NCBI GenBank assembly: GCA_050575255.1
Contig: JBNZDD010013613.1
Coordinates: 1,049,621 to 1,113,620 of the forward strand
Length of the DNA stretch: 64,000 bases
From: Harriotta raleighana
Lineage: Eukaryota
Direction of reading: 5' to 3'
The translations under genes were made by a program, and so were the position numbers. Shown here one piece after another: positions 25,813 through 38,369 of the stretch. The notes beneath the pieces were generated by a model. That model saw only the letters and a list, made by a program, of their open reading frames with translations, did no database searches and was not told the origin of the DNA. Each line of letters starts with the position of its first letter. Positions within the stretch are counted from its first letter, which is position 1.

Positions 25813-26679
25813 CTCAGGATCCTTCTCTATCTTTGTAAAGAGCTTTGAGATGTTCTCCCATGTGAAAGGTGCTATATAATATATAATAACAAATTGCTGT
25901 TGTTTTTCTGGTAAAAAATCTGTAAATTTACAAACTTTCAGAGAATCATTGCTACAGTATCACAGGTTAGTCAGGTTACCAAAATGCTACTGGAATCAAG
26001 GGGTGATGGGGGAGGAAATGAATGACTCACACCTTAGGATTCACACCTGATTCTGTTGGAGGTCGCATTGATTTCACATGAACGAAAACAAGTCTGGTGC
26101 ACTTGATAAAAGTGACAGAGTTCACAAGAGAAATGAAAGTCCGTTTAACAACAACAAAATTATATTTATGGAACGCCTTTCACATCAGGAGGACGTCCCA
26201 AGGCATTTAATCAATCCTTCCAAAATACCTATTCTACCTTCTTCCATGCATAAAGCTTGAATGAGTTCCAGTGTCACAACCACCCTTCACGGTAAGCTGT
26301 TCCAGTGTTTAGCAAATTGTATTCACATATCGTCTATCACAAAGGGAGCACAGTCCGAGACACTGGACTGTGAAGCATCTGCAACTGAGCTGGGGTTGGA
26401 GTCAAGAGGGGTGGAGGGAGCTGACAGTTTTGTAAGGTGTGCTGAGCTAGACTGTCTGAAAATAAAAACATACCACATGATGGACAGGCTGAGAAAATTT
26501 AGAGTTCTTTCCAAATAACGAATCGCCCATTGAAAGCTTTGTTTTCCTCTGTGAGTTTAATAGGTAAATAACAATAATAATAATAAGTAATCCGTTGTCA
26601 AGACATCTCAAAGTATTGCACAGGATATACTCAAAAGCTGATCGACTATTTTAGCAGCAAAACATGCTTGTAATTTTCA

Positions 26680-27280
26680 GCCCACTTCACATCCACCGCC
26701 TTGCCCACCACACCATTGGCAGGCAGGACTTCAGTCACTCTGCCCTCACCCTCTGGAACTCCATCCCACAGTCACTCCGTCTCGTCCCTTTCCTTGCCTC
26801 CTTCAAGGCAACAACAACAACTTTGATTTATATAGCTGGACGGCATCTCAGAGGGCTTCACAACAACGGATCCCCGGACCGAGCCGGGGGTAGGGGCAGA
26901 AAGGTGACCAAAGATGGGGTTGAAGAGAAAGGTCTTTATCTGAGACTTGAAACTGGGAAGAGAGGGGGCGAGGTGAAGGGAGTGAGGAAGGGACACGGCC
27001 TGCTCCATGTCCTCTGACCCACCATCGATGGACGAGCCTTCAGCCACTCTGCCCCCAACCTCTGGAACTCCATCCCGCAGGCCCTCCCACCTCACACTCT
27101 CCCTAGCCTCGCACTTCAACACATTCCTCTTAGACAGTCCCATCGGTCACCCCAAATCCCCTCCTTTTCCTCCACCCTCCCCGATCCCGACCCCAGCTCG
27201 GGTCTGAAATGCTGACTGTCCAGCTTGGGACGTCCTCCTGATGTGAAAGGCATTATAAAAAATTTAATGTTATTGTTGTA
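26680..27280. mobile_element. Three abutting LINE2 3' fragments (+, - type-B tail, + type-A tail)
   Basis: TLWNSIPQSLRL and SFKSQIKTFLF motifs and both tail types are present. Confidence 0.8.
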
Positions 27281-27764
27281 CTGAACAATTTCTATCCTCT
27301 GCTGAAAATCATTCCATGCAGATAAGGCCATACTCCTTTAAATTTTCAAATTGAAAGAAATATTTTGAAAATGTCAAACGATGTCAATTTACACAATTGA
27401 TGATCAACGACTATATAAATCCTGTCGTGTTACATTTGTTTTTACGGTGTGTAGATTTCTGTAAACCTTTCATTTCCTAATTAANTACTCCTTTAAATTT
27501 TCAAATTGAAAGAAATATTTTGAAAATGTCAAACGCTGTCAATTTACACAATTGATGATCAACGACTATATAAATCCTGTCGTGTTACACTTGTTTTTAC
27601 GGGGTGTAGATTTCTGTAAACCATCATTTCCTAATTAACTTGAGCTTAAGACCACTGTCTTGAAATTTTTAATTTCAACTTATAAATATGCTAAAATAAA
27701 ACATGAGATGCCCTTGTTCATAGACGCCAAATGTATACAACAAATAATTATGAAAATGTACTAC

Positions 27765-27932
27765 CTTTTTTCTTTCTTTCCATCCCATATTTAAAAGTGT
27801 TTTAATTGAAATACAGCTTCCTCCGTTACTCGAGGGGCAGCCTGATACATCATGAATGATAAATCTCAGGTTAAAGTGCAGATATTGTTAATAATGTAAT
27901 AACAAACCCAAATAGAGAACGTGCTTAAAATC
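27765..27932 (-). pseudogene. Candidate decayed exon (168 nt)
   Basis: Acceptor tattttactttcag and donor AAG/gtagta. The phase-0 frame has a single TAA in 56 codons. Confidence 0.25.
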
Positions 27933-30142
27933 CTGAAAGTAAAATATCTGCAACAGCAACACAGCTAAGATGAAACATATTAGGACCTATGTTTCTCTGG
28001 CTGCCCAAATATAGAAGCTACATAAAAATAGTTAATTATTTGGGTAACAAAATTCACTGATTGTTAGTAGTGGAAATGAAATCCGGATACTGTACATTTT
28101 TTGATTGAGGTGAAAGAAGGCATAAATGAAAGAACTATTTGCGTGAACCTTATCCCCTCCCCCAACACAGTTTTTGATATATCCAACATCCACGTTATAA
28201 TGTGCTGCTTCAGCTCTTTAAACTCACAGTTTAAGNAAATGAAAGAACTATTTGCGTGAACCTTATCCCCTCCCCCAACACAGTTTATATATCCAACATC
28301 CACGTTACAATGTGCTGCTTCAGCTCTTTAAACTCACAGTTTAAGATGACAATCAAATCCCGTGGTGGGGACCTGCTCCATTGCTGAGGGGAAGCGATGA
28401 GATGTTCACTCACCCTCTGATGGGATGTTAAATTGAGGTCTCTTATCTTCTCGTTTCAGCGCCTTGGGACGTTCTCCTGACGTGAAACGCGCTCTATAAA
28501 TGTAATTTTGTTGTTGTTGTTGTTGTTCTGGTGGCTGTGAAGAATCCCATGACCTTCCTTCTCTCGGTATCTGAGCCAACAATTCTCCCCAAAACAAAAT
28601 ATAAAGGTCATTCACAGCCGTGGCTGTTTGTGGGACTGTAGGAGGTTATGGGTCACACCTCAGAAACTAAATTTGCACCCAATTTTTTTTTTTTTTTAAA
28701 AAAACAGGTTCTTGTTTGATAAAAGAGACGATTACCTTTTCACTGCCATCTTCTCCAGACCCTGCCCTCCAGCATATTGATGCTGATTTATTAACCAGTT
28801 GCTGGTACTCAATTAGCACTTCAGGTTGTGACTTGAAACAACCCTGATTGTCGTCCTGTTGTTGTGAGCTACAACCCAATGGGTCACAAGATCAGGGCCT
28901 AGGGGAGTTTTATAATTTAATCAACCAATTAATTGTTGGTGTACAATTGACTTTGGCAATAGCTGAAAGCAAAATACAGCCCAAATCCACCTTGGAATAC
29001 ACATGAGAAATAATAATAATAATAACAACAATCCTTGCATTTGATATAGCGCTTTTCACGTCTCACAGAACATACTGCAAAGCGAATTGACTGTATATTT
29101 GTGAGCGAACAGTCGTGGATTGAAAATGACCAGTTTTACTACAGTATTGTGGTTTTTGTGATTATTATTTGTTATGTAATCGTGTTTGGTCATTTATTAA
29201 TCAATTACTACATAAACATTGTAAATGTGTACATTCACCAGGATTCCACCCCGTCCTTTATTTGAAAGAAAGTCAACGGGACTTATGAATTCAGGTTTGA
29301 TTGGGAATTCGCAGAAGAAAATCTAGTTGTTGTTGTTGTTGTAGTTCCATAAAGTTCACTGCCTTCTTCATGATCGACACCTGGAAAGCCACCGCAAGTT
29401 GTTGTAGTGTTTGTGAATTCATAAATGAGCGCTATGATTTATCTGGCAAGTCTCTTTTCCAGAGAAACAACTCACTTCAGAGGTACCCATGTGAAACTTG
29501 ATGGGAGGGTCATTGTTTCACTGCTAATCAGCATTCATTGCAGAATTGTGAAATGTTGAGCACAAATGCTTCAGTCACCTTACAAGTGAACTGCTTCCTC
29601 TGAAAAGTTCAGTGCTTTTCCTGAAGCACAATTAAGTTTTGACGAAGGTGGAAGGCACTCAAGTTTTTGAGATGCTTATAATCACAAGTACTTGCTAAGC
29701 ATTTTGTGTTCGTTTAATTAATGGCAAATGATGAATTTGGTTTCCCACCTGATGATATTTGAGCTCAACTCCCACTTTTCTATCTAACAGAGACAGACTA
29801 GAATCTGACTGAATGCCAACACAGTGTCAATTTAAACTCTGGTTATAGTAACTGTAGAAGACTATTTGTCCGACTGACAGAATATAAGAGTTTTAATCAC
29901 ATGAAGCAGAACTTTATGCGTGACACTATTTAATAATTTAANGTAACTGTAGAAGACTATTTGTCCGACTGACAGAATATAAGAGTTTTAATTACATGAA
30001 GCAGAACTTTATGCGTGACACTATTTAATAATTTAGATTTAATTGAAAAGTAGTGAAAATGAAACTCTACAACTGTTGACAGAGGAACCTTGTGTGTCTC
30101 ATCACAGAGAGGTACAAGGTAGAGGTAGATCATTGGATTTAC

Positions 30143-30222
30143 CTTGTACATCCTCTCATTGCTTTGCCAAATATCAACAGAGCAATCTGTCAGGATACCT
30201 CCTACCAGTTTACTTTCAAGTC
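30143..30222 (-). pseudogene. Candidate exon (80 nt, open, phase 1 to 0): LESKLVGGILTDCSVDIWQSNERMYK
   Basis: Acceptor tttgtcaagttag, donor AAG/gtaaat, no stop in frame. Confidence 0.3.
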
Positions 30223-31986
30223 CTAACTTGACAAATGTTTATTTTGTCTACTTGAATGAACTGTGCATATGTTTGTTAGTCAGTTCCTTTGGTTGTACTT
30301 CAATTTAGGAGAACAACATTGTCAAAAACTGGACTGAGGTGAAGGCGATTTCTTTTCCAGCTCTCAAGGGAAGCTATAAACAGTTAACAACAACAACTAA
30401 AAGACATTTGTATAGTGACTTTCACCTCGGGAAGGCGTCCCACGGCACTAAGAAACCTGAACTCATAGAATGAAAGGGGAGAACTCTACAGGATTGATTT
30501 TACACCAAAATCCGTAACGTTGGATATTCTGTATTCTATATTGTAAAACTGTAATGACATCATGCAACAGAAAATAGATGTGTTTTTCAATGCCCCCAAA
30601 ACAATTTTCCTCCCTACATGAAAGGCACTGAATAAATTCAATTTGTTGCGGTTGTTCTGTTGTCAAGTTGTCATTATAAGACCCAAGACTGGAGGGTTGG
30701 CTAAAATCACAGACAGCTAATTGACACAGAGATCAACTTCCCATCTGAAGATGTTATGAGGCAGATGCTGAGCCTGATGTTGGCTACTGACAACCTGGTG
30801 TGAGGTAGCGGTGGTGTGTGGAGGAGGTGTGTGAGGGGAGGAGAGAGAGAGAGGGATTGAGCAGAGGAAAGNTTGCGGTTGTTCTGTTGTCAAGTTGTCA
30901 TTATAAGACCCAAGACTGGAGGGTTGGCTAAAATCACAGACAGCTAATTGACACAGAGATCAACTTCCCATCTGAAGATGTTATCAGGCAGATGCTGAGG
31001 CTGATGTTGGCTACTGACAACCTGGTGTGAGGTAGCGGTGGTGTGTGGAGGAGGTGTGTGCGGGGAGGAGAGAGAGAGGGATTGAGCAGAGGAAAGGTTA
31101 GAACACAAGCTGGTTAACAACTCGCCCAATGTATGGCTTCCCTGAATGAGATCGATAAGTAAGGGTAGGTTCATATCGTGAACCCACATGCTTGAGGATC
31201 TTAGTTAAGAGAATCCAAACTGAATTCGCATGAGACTTTGAAAGACAATAATTCCTCTCATCAGAGCAAACTGGATTGAATCCCAAATTGCAGAGGTGAA
31301 ATGCTAGTGTGCTAACCCACTGTTTCAATAGACCAGTCTTGATACTGAAACTACTCCCTACCCTGCAGCTTAGGAAATATTTTATACAATGAGAGTTGTC
31401 CTGCCATCTGGCTTGGGCTTTTCCCAAGGATTGGTATCCCATGCGTGTTTCGTGAACATGTGTTCATACATCCAGTGCCTATCCACCTCGACAGCTAAGC
31501 AGCTGCTGCTTCAACTCTGCATCTCCAACTGTTGAAAATATTGCTTCATGGAAAAGGGTTTGTGTCTGATTCGTGGACAGGAAGATGGTGGCAGTGTATC
31601 TCCTGGATATATTTCTGAGCAGTGTTACCAACCGGGAGATGTGGGAGTGGTGGGGAGGGCAAACGTTGCCAGCACAAGGCGCATTCCTCCAGGGAGACCG
31701 AGCGCCTTCCATCCCAGACACAGGGATATTTCGAGGTACCTGAGCGAAATAATACCAACACAAGAATACTGCGACAATCTAACGTTCAGGGCAGGATTCC
31801 CGCAGCCTTGGGCATCGCATGCTTCCAGTTGAATGAAACAAATACCCATTTAGATTGATTACTAAAGAGTCGCACGAGACATTTATCCATATCAGATCTC
31901 AACGTTTCTGACTCCAGCCATTCCTCACTGTCACTTTTGACAAATAGAAAACAGCTATTGTGCTGCTACCCTGGGAGGTGACTTAC

Positions 31987-32100
31987 AGACTAGTCCAGAT
32001 GGCCAGGGACTCCTGGCAATAGGGAGAGCAGGAACATGCTGAGCTGACATTCTTAAATCATGCATAAATCTTCCACCGTCAGCCCTCAGAACTGTAACAT
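31987..32100 (-). pseudogene. Candidate exon (114 nt, open, phase 1 to 1): VTVLRADGGRFMHDLRMSAQHVPALPIARSPWPSGLV
   Basis: Strong acceptor catgctttctctcag and donor /gtaagt. Another acceptor follows at 31739 into a GC-richer unique segment. Confidence 0.35.
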
Positions 32101-32647
32101 CTGAGAGAAAGCATGAACTAAAATATTCATCAAATTTGTGCCCCGTCAACCTGAGCAACAACAACACGACAGACAGCCACGGCCATGATTAATTTTGAAG
32201 CAGTCAATAAATTCCTTTGTTGCATACAGAGCGACTAGTCGGGCAAATAATAACAATAGGGAAATAAATAGATAGATGAACTATGAGTGAAATGCGGTAA
32301 CTGTAAAAGAAAAACCGCAGCCTGGGTGGGCAACTTTTCAAATTAGATTTACATGGGTCAACCAATTTGTAAAAACAAGGCTGTATTTAATCTGTATTGT
32401 AAACAAGCGATTGTCACAACAAACCCAGAAAGCCTCTATTGCGCATGACGGATTAATATGGGAGTTGCTTAGATATATTCAGCAGTTTCAAACCCAATGA
32501 CTGAGCTATTTCTAGTTAAATTACAGGAAAATATGCGGCTGCAAGTCTGGTAATACACTACCATGGAATACACATTATTTGGTGTTGGTTTGCTATGAGT
32601 ATCGAAAAGATCGATATATAGTACACGTGGCAGATTATGCACTGTAG

Positions 32648-33170
32648 AGCAACAACAACAACAAAATTACATTTATAGAGCGCCTTTCACGTCGGGAGGA
32701 GCTGAACAGTCAGGTCGGGACCCAGGCAAGGGGCAGTGTGGGGGTCGGAGTAGGGGGAAGGGGAAGGAGAATGGGAAACAAGACGCCCAGATTCCTGACT
32801 GGCTTCGAGAGGTGGAGAGAGCAGCCTTGAATGCTGATGTTGTCAGCGCCTGAGGTGCGGAGGCGTTGACGCGAGCCAATCAGGAGGGCCTTTGTCTTGT
32901 TGACGTTAAATTGGAGGAAATTATCCCTCATCCATGACTCAATGTTGGACAGACACGCAGTCAGAACGCCAGTAGTCCTGGAGTCGAGGGAGGAGGAGGA
33001 GGAGAGGGAGAGTTGGGTGTCATCCGCATACATGTGGAAATTTACCCCATGTCTGGGGATGATGTCGCCCAGGATGTAGAGGGTGAAGAGCAGAGGCCAA
33101 GGACAGAGCCCCAGGGAACATCGCATGTGACTGTGCGGGGGCTGGAGGAAAAACCGTTGGAGGAAGTGAA
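32648..33170 (-). mobile_element. Internally deleted LINE2 (RT core joined to 3' UTR and tail)
   Basis: VPxGSVLGxLLFTLY..[20 protein letters not shown]...[22 protein letters not shown], followed directly by the 3' UTR and type-A tail. Confidence 0.9.
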
Positions 33171-33227
33171 GGAGATTAGTGGGGGTAGGAGGTGGAGCTG
33201 GGTGGGGATGGGAGCAGGTGGTGGGCT

Positions 33228-33312
33228 TCTTAAATCATCTGTCCAGCGCCTTGGGACGTCCTCCTGACGTGAAACGCGCTCTATAAATGTAATTTTGTTG
33301 TTGTTGTTGTTC
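33228..33312 (+). mobile_element. Young, extremely 5'-truncated L2 type-A tail
   Basis: Reads as identical to 60318-60400 up to the (TTG)n tract. Confidence 0.85.
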
Positions 33313-34377
33313 ATGGAGGAGATGGTTTTTGTGAGCAATCGGTGACAATAATAATAATAATAATAAAGCATTAAAATGCCCAGCCTTAAACAGGTTTTAT
33401 CATTGATCATAGAATCATAGAATTATGCAACACAGAAGGAGGCCATTCAGTCCATCGTGTCTGCCCAGCACTTTGAAAAGAGCTGTTCAAATCAATCCCA
33501 ATCCCCCCCGCTCTCCCCATCGCCCCGCAAACCTGTCCTGATGAAGAGGTTCACTGTGAGTATCACATCTGTGTTAAANAAAAGAGCTGTTCAAATCAAT
33601 CCCAATCCCCCCCGCTCTCCCCATCGCCCTGCAAACCTGTCCTGATGAAGAGGTTCACTGTGAGTGTCACATCTGTGTTAACCCCCAACCCCATCCCTAC
33701 CCTGCCCCTCTCCCTGCTCTGGGTCCCGACCTGATTGTCTGTTCAGCACCTTCCGACGTGAAAAGCGCTCTATAAATGTAATTTTGTTGTTGTTACACAG
33801 AGGCAAAGATATTTTTGGTCTACCAGGAATCTGGACACACAGAAACTCCTGTATTAAGACATACACAAACTAAACAACTACGAGATCCAGTGATGTATTT
33901 TCTGTTTGTCAGATATAGTCTAAGCGCTACCTCTCCAAAGGCATGCTCCCTGCTCGGCCTGGTTCTGAGTCAGTTGCAAGTTGGCAAGGGTCGAGACTGT
34001 GAGAAGGAGTGTGGGTTCGAAGCTACAACGCTCTGACTGATAGCTGAGAGTACTATCAGCCAAGTGATTTCTACATCTGTAAGTCATCTACTTCCTGCAG
34101 TTAGGACCATCCCACACATTAGAGCTTTGGTGTGCAGAGTTGACAACTACAACAACAACAAAATTACATTTGTCGAGCGCCTTTCACGTTGGGAGGATGT
34201 CCCCAGGTGTTGAAAATGTAACTTTTAACCCTAAATTGTAAATCAAAACATCAGGAGACATAATGGTATGCTAATTAATTGCAAGTTTTAAATGGATTAG
34301 TAATTAACAAAACATAGCTGCCTCAATAGAACTCACTCAGAAGTCAATCTCTTAGTTTTAATTTAATAATCCCTTAA

Positions 34378-34680
34378 AATAATCATTGCATTTGATATTG
34401 CACCTTATCATATCATTCAGGTGATTCAAAAGATTTTACTGTGAATTCCAGTGACTGTATTTGGTAGACAAACGCAGGAGCCAAATTGCACGCTGCAACG
34501 TCCCACAAAGAGTTGTGGGATGGGAGAAACTCCATTTCATCCAGAGGCTGGCACCCCCAACAACGCAGTGCTCCCCCAATGTTACACTGGAATATCAGCC
34601 TGCATCGTCAGGTCAAAACCCAATGTGGGGCTTAAACCCACAACCTTTTGACTCACAGTTGAGAGTACTATCAACTGAGG
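34378..34680 (-). mobile_element. Older tRNA-derived Deu-domain SINE
   Basis: tRNA-like head (cagttgatagtactctc...gtgggtttaagcccca), Deu-like core (ggggagcactgcgttgttgggggtgcc...ggatgaaatg) and shared 3' body. Confidence 0.7.
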
Positions 34681-34720
34681 GACATCCATGTCTGTCACAC
34701 ACCTGAGATTCCTTAGATAT

Positions 34721-36566
34721 CTATCCTTTTGCAACACCTGGCGATTTAGACCTCATGTCATCAACTGCAAGGACACGAGTTAACCAGTTCAGCGACATTG
34801 TCCCAACCCTATGAGATATGACTGCATGAAAATGAACTGCCTTATGTGTTATCCACTTAATAAGTACAACTGTGTATCTTGTCTTGAATTTCACTGAAGG
34901 TTCTGGTGACAAAACCTGGGGCATAAAAGATGTAGTGTTATTACAAAGAGCTTTCATGTCTGGAACCTGCCCTGAGTCCAGCGTTGACTGATGTCTGGAC
35001 TTTTTCTCTCTTTGCTGACACTAAGATTCCTGCATGAAATATTGGGAATGTTTTTCTTGGACCGTTTCAATCCAATTCCTCCACTTTAGATATTTCAATG
35101 CGGTTCCCGATGCATACGAGCCCACAACATGCGTTGGCATCAGTGTGGAGTCCTGATAACATTAATTGAAGTTGTGAAGAGATAAAACCAAGGGCTTTAA
35201 GGAAATGTAATTTTATCCTTCTTGGGGCCTGTATTACAACACAGCGGAAATCCTTTACAGTAAATGTTGCTATTAAGATAAGAAATTTTTATATCAGACA
35301 CCAACTGATCGAGTGTACTGTTTGGGAGTTTGGTAAAAGGAAAGATCAACAGTGTCAGCACATTACGTGCAGCTGTACTCTCTGCCCAGTCGCGTATCTC
35401 ATTTCAGGTATGTGGAGGCCAGCTGCTGTCTCCAAACTGAGACAGAGAATCGTACGAAGGCATCCTGGGCTGAACATGCGCACCTCCTAGTGGCTGATTT
35501 TAATAATAATAAATGATAATGTACATTCGATAGAGCGCCTTTCATGTCGAGAATACATCTCAAAGCATGTAAAGTGGAGATACTGGGCGCATTGGGAGCC
35601 AATTCGCAAACAGTAACGTTCCACCGGCCACTATGGAATGAATGACGAATGAATGAACAATTCTATCCATGGGATACCAGAAGAAGAACCCTTCTCTTCT
35701 CGAATAGCGCTCAGCATTTTTAATGTCTCACTTGATCAGGCAGATGGGGCCTTGGTTTCGCATCTCGCCAGGCAATGGGATTACAGGAAGCTGCCACTGC
35801 TGAAACATTCTACATAATATGATGATTGTCATACAGTCTGGTCAAAAAGTCAATCATTTCAACTCTTCTCTTCCCATTCTCCGACTGCTGACCTCCATTG
35901 AAATCAATACCATTGACTCTATTCAACCTACGAAAGCAAGAAGATTTGATATCAAATTCTACGCTAATAGCTCTGGATTTTGTGAGTTTGAATGCCTGAA
36001 ATATACCTCATTGTCTGTTTATTTTCAGTGAAACGCATAGAGAAGCACAGGATGTTACAATTATGTTGTCCTTCGGGGCTCTTCACTTACTGATAACATG
36101 TTGTTATCAGTTTGATTTGTGTCAAATTTATAATGAACATTTTCTAAGAGCTTCAAGCCATTCAAGCGAACATCAGTCAGAATTGTTTGAAGCAGGCCCT
36201 GTGGTAAAGTGTGTTGGTTCATCGTCATGTGTCCTGGAGTCCATTGGCTCAGCAGATCTGGTGTCCAGCGGACATCTGAACGATAGAGGGTGAATTTGAG
36301 GCCAGATTCCTCTTAGCAGCTGATTCGAGCCGAGGTCCAGGAATGGTCGGCGAGCGAAGCAAAGGGAGCCTCAGCTTCAAGTCTTCAGTTTAAGTCATCG
36401 CTCTTTGAGTACAAGTTGCAATGTTGAGACATGGTAATTTGAGCCTGCTGATGTCAGATTGGCTGCTTAACAAAAACGCCAGAGTGTGAGAAAGAGCCAG
36501 TGAGTGAAGCAACTCTACGGAGATCGGAAATTGAAGCTGAATCTCTGGATCAGTACAGTTCATTTG
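34721..36566 (-). pseudogene. Cluster of four phase-compatible candidate exons (36566-36091, 35995-35835, 35493-35367, 35152-about 34721) of an unidentified decayed gene
   Basis: The three internal introns are GT-AG and phases run 1-0, 0-2, 2-0, 0. About 397 codons with 6 internal stops; the 161-nt exon is fully open and the last has one TAG in 143 codons. No family recognised. Confidence 0.4.
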
Positions 36567-36611
36567 CTGTCAGTAAAAAAAAATTGCTGTCCAACTCAAC
36601 TTTGTGGAACT

Positions 36612-37180
36612 CACAGTTCTCGGCTGGACTATTGCAATGCCCTCCTCTCCGATCTCCCCTCCACCACAACCCACAAAATCCAGCTAATCCAAAACTCTGC
36701 CGCCCGCATACTCACCCCCCCTCCAAGCTTCGCTCCCCCATTACCCCAGTCCTTGCCAGACTTCACTGGCTCCCTATCCCAGAGAGGATCGACTTCAAGA
36801 TCCTCACCCTTGTTTTCAAATCCTTCCACTCCTCTGCACCCCCCTATCTCTCTATCTCCTCTCCTCCCAAACCAGCACTCACTGCCTTTGCTCCTCTGGG
36901 TCTGGCCTCCTCCATATCCCCCGAATCCTCCGCCCCACCCTCGGCGGCCGTGCCTTCAGCCACTACGTCCCGAGGCTCTGGAACTCCCTTCCTCACTCCC
37001 TTCGCCTCGCCCCCCTCTTCCCAGTTTCAGGTCCCAGCTGAAGACCTTTCTCTTCAACCGCGCCTTTGGTCACCTTTCTACCCCTGCCCCTGGCTCGGTC
37101 CCGGGATCTGTTATTGTGAAGCGCTCTGAGACGCCGTCCGGCGTGGAGGGCGCTATATAAATTGAAGTTGTTGTTGTTGT
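36612..37180 (+). mobile_element. LINE2 3' fragment with type-B tail, relatively young
   Basis: [60 protein letters not shown], with an intact tail stem-loop. Confidence 0.95.
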
Positions 37181-37794
37181 ACAGATCTTTGTAATAAAGA
37201 TTTACAAAAAAGTAAAGGCTATTCTGTGTACCATCTGTCAATTATATTTAAGAATTCAATACCATTGCTCCAGTATTTTCTAATCAGGAAAGACAACAAC
37301 AGCCTTATCTAACACAGAAACATATTAGCAATGATGAATGTGTTCACATTTTCAATGCCTGACATTTCTGCACAATGTGGTAATATATGTAGATGAATGG
37401 GGTGGAACGTTATTAACTTAACCAAATTCAAAAGCCAGATCACAGCTGCCTATAGATTAATTTTGTAAACTTGTCCAGTATGGATCCATTCATTTTTTTA
37501 ATATATGGAGATTTGTTTTCATTACACAAAAGTGAAAATGTTGATGTTTCAATCTCTTTCATCCGTCTGAACGGATTTAAAGTCATCTTTTCAAAAGAGG
37601 TCTTTATATGAAAAATCCATTTGAACAGATACATTTATTTTATGCCTATCACTTTCTTTTAAGAGTTACGTAAATATTATTGAAGTGATCTTTTTATTGG
37701 AGAAATAAAATCATAGAAAGCTAGAAATCCAAAGCAACTCATTCGGCGTCTGAAGGGAAAAAAAACACACAAATGAAAATCCTCACTCCAACCT

Positions 37795-38012
37795 CTCTGT
37801 TTACCTAGCAGTAAGTAGGAACCCAGTTGTTTGTCGATTGGCGGATCGCTTTTCCAGGGGTAATAATTCCTTCAAAACTAAATAAATACATAATAAAAAA
37901 TTGGCCACTTAATCGAAGATTATTTATGTGCATAATAGGCTGCCGTGTTTTGCCCACAAAATATATATTTAATTCACTTTATAGTACATTCTGTGAAGCG
38001 CTTTGAGACATC
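37795..38012 (+). mobile_element. Long-variant SINE carrying an extra central domain
   Basis: ctctgtttacctagcagtaagtaggaacccagttg...gattggcggatcgcttttcc followed by the common SINE body. Related copies at 23465, 45340 (minus) and 56220. Confidence 0.65.
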
Positions 38013-38369
38013 ATTTAAAGGAATCTGGAATTTGCATTTAAATCTCTACTTTGGAATTATAAAACCTGATAAATTTTTACCTGATCTTAGGCTTCAAAAC
38101 ATTTTGTTTCAAGATGAAGCAGAATTATGGAAAAGTGTTACATTTAGGATTTAACTAGAAGATGCTTCAAAAGAAGAACCACTTTCCAAATAGGAAGAAT
38201 TCTGAATTTATGAATTGTTCAAAATTCTATTATGTCGCATTTAAAGATAAACTTATCTTACAGGCGAAGAAAAGGTGGAATTTGGGGCCTGAAATAGAAA
38301 GTTACAATGGAAAAAATATACCTCTAACATTGGTGATATGTCAAGGTTAAGTTTAACTAATACAGGTAG

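Noticed and set aside
35090-35135. VVGSYASGTA resembles the nucleotidyltransferase hG[GS] motif (NOL6/OAS/CD-NTase type)
   Set aside because: The required downstream DxD acidic motif is missing in frame.
36500-37160. Longest ORFs in the track (209 and 218 aa), likewise 54820-55440, 57720-58193 and 58995-59612
   Set aside because: Frameshifted LINE2 remnants, or frames extended by N-junction duplications, not host genes.
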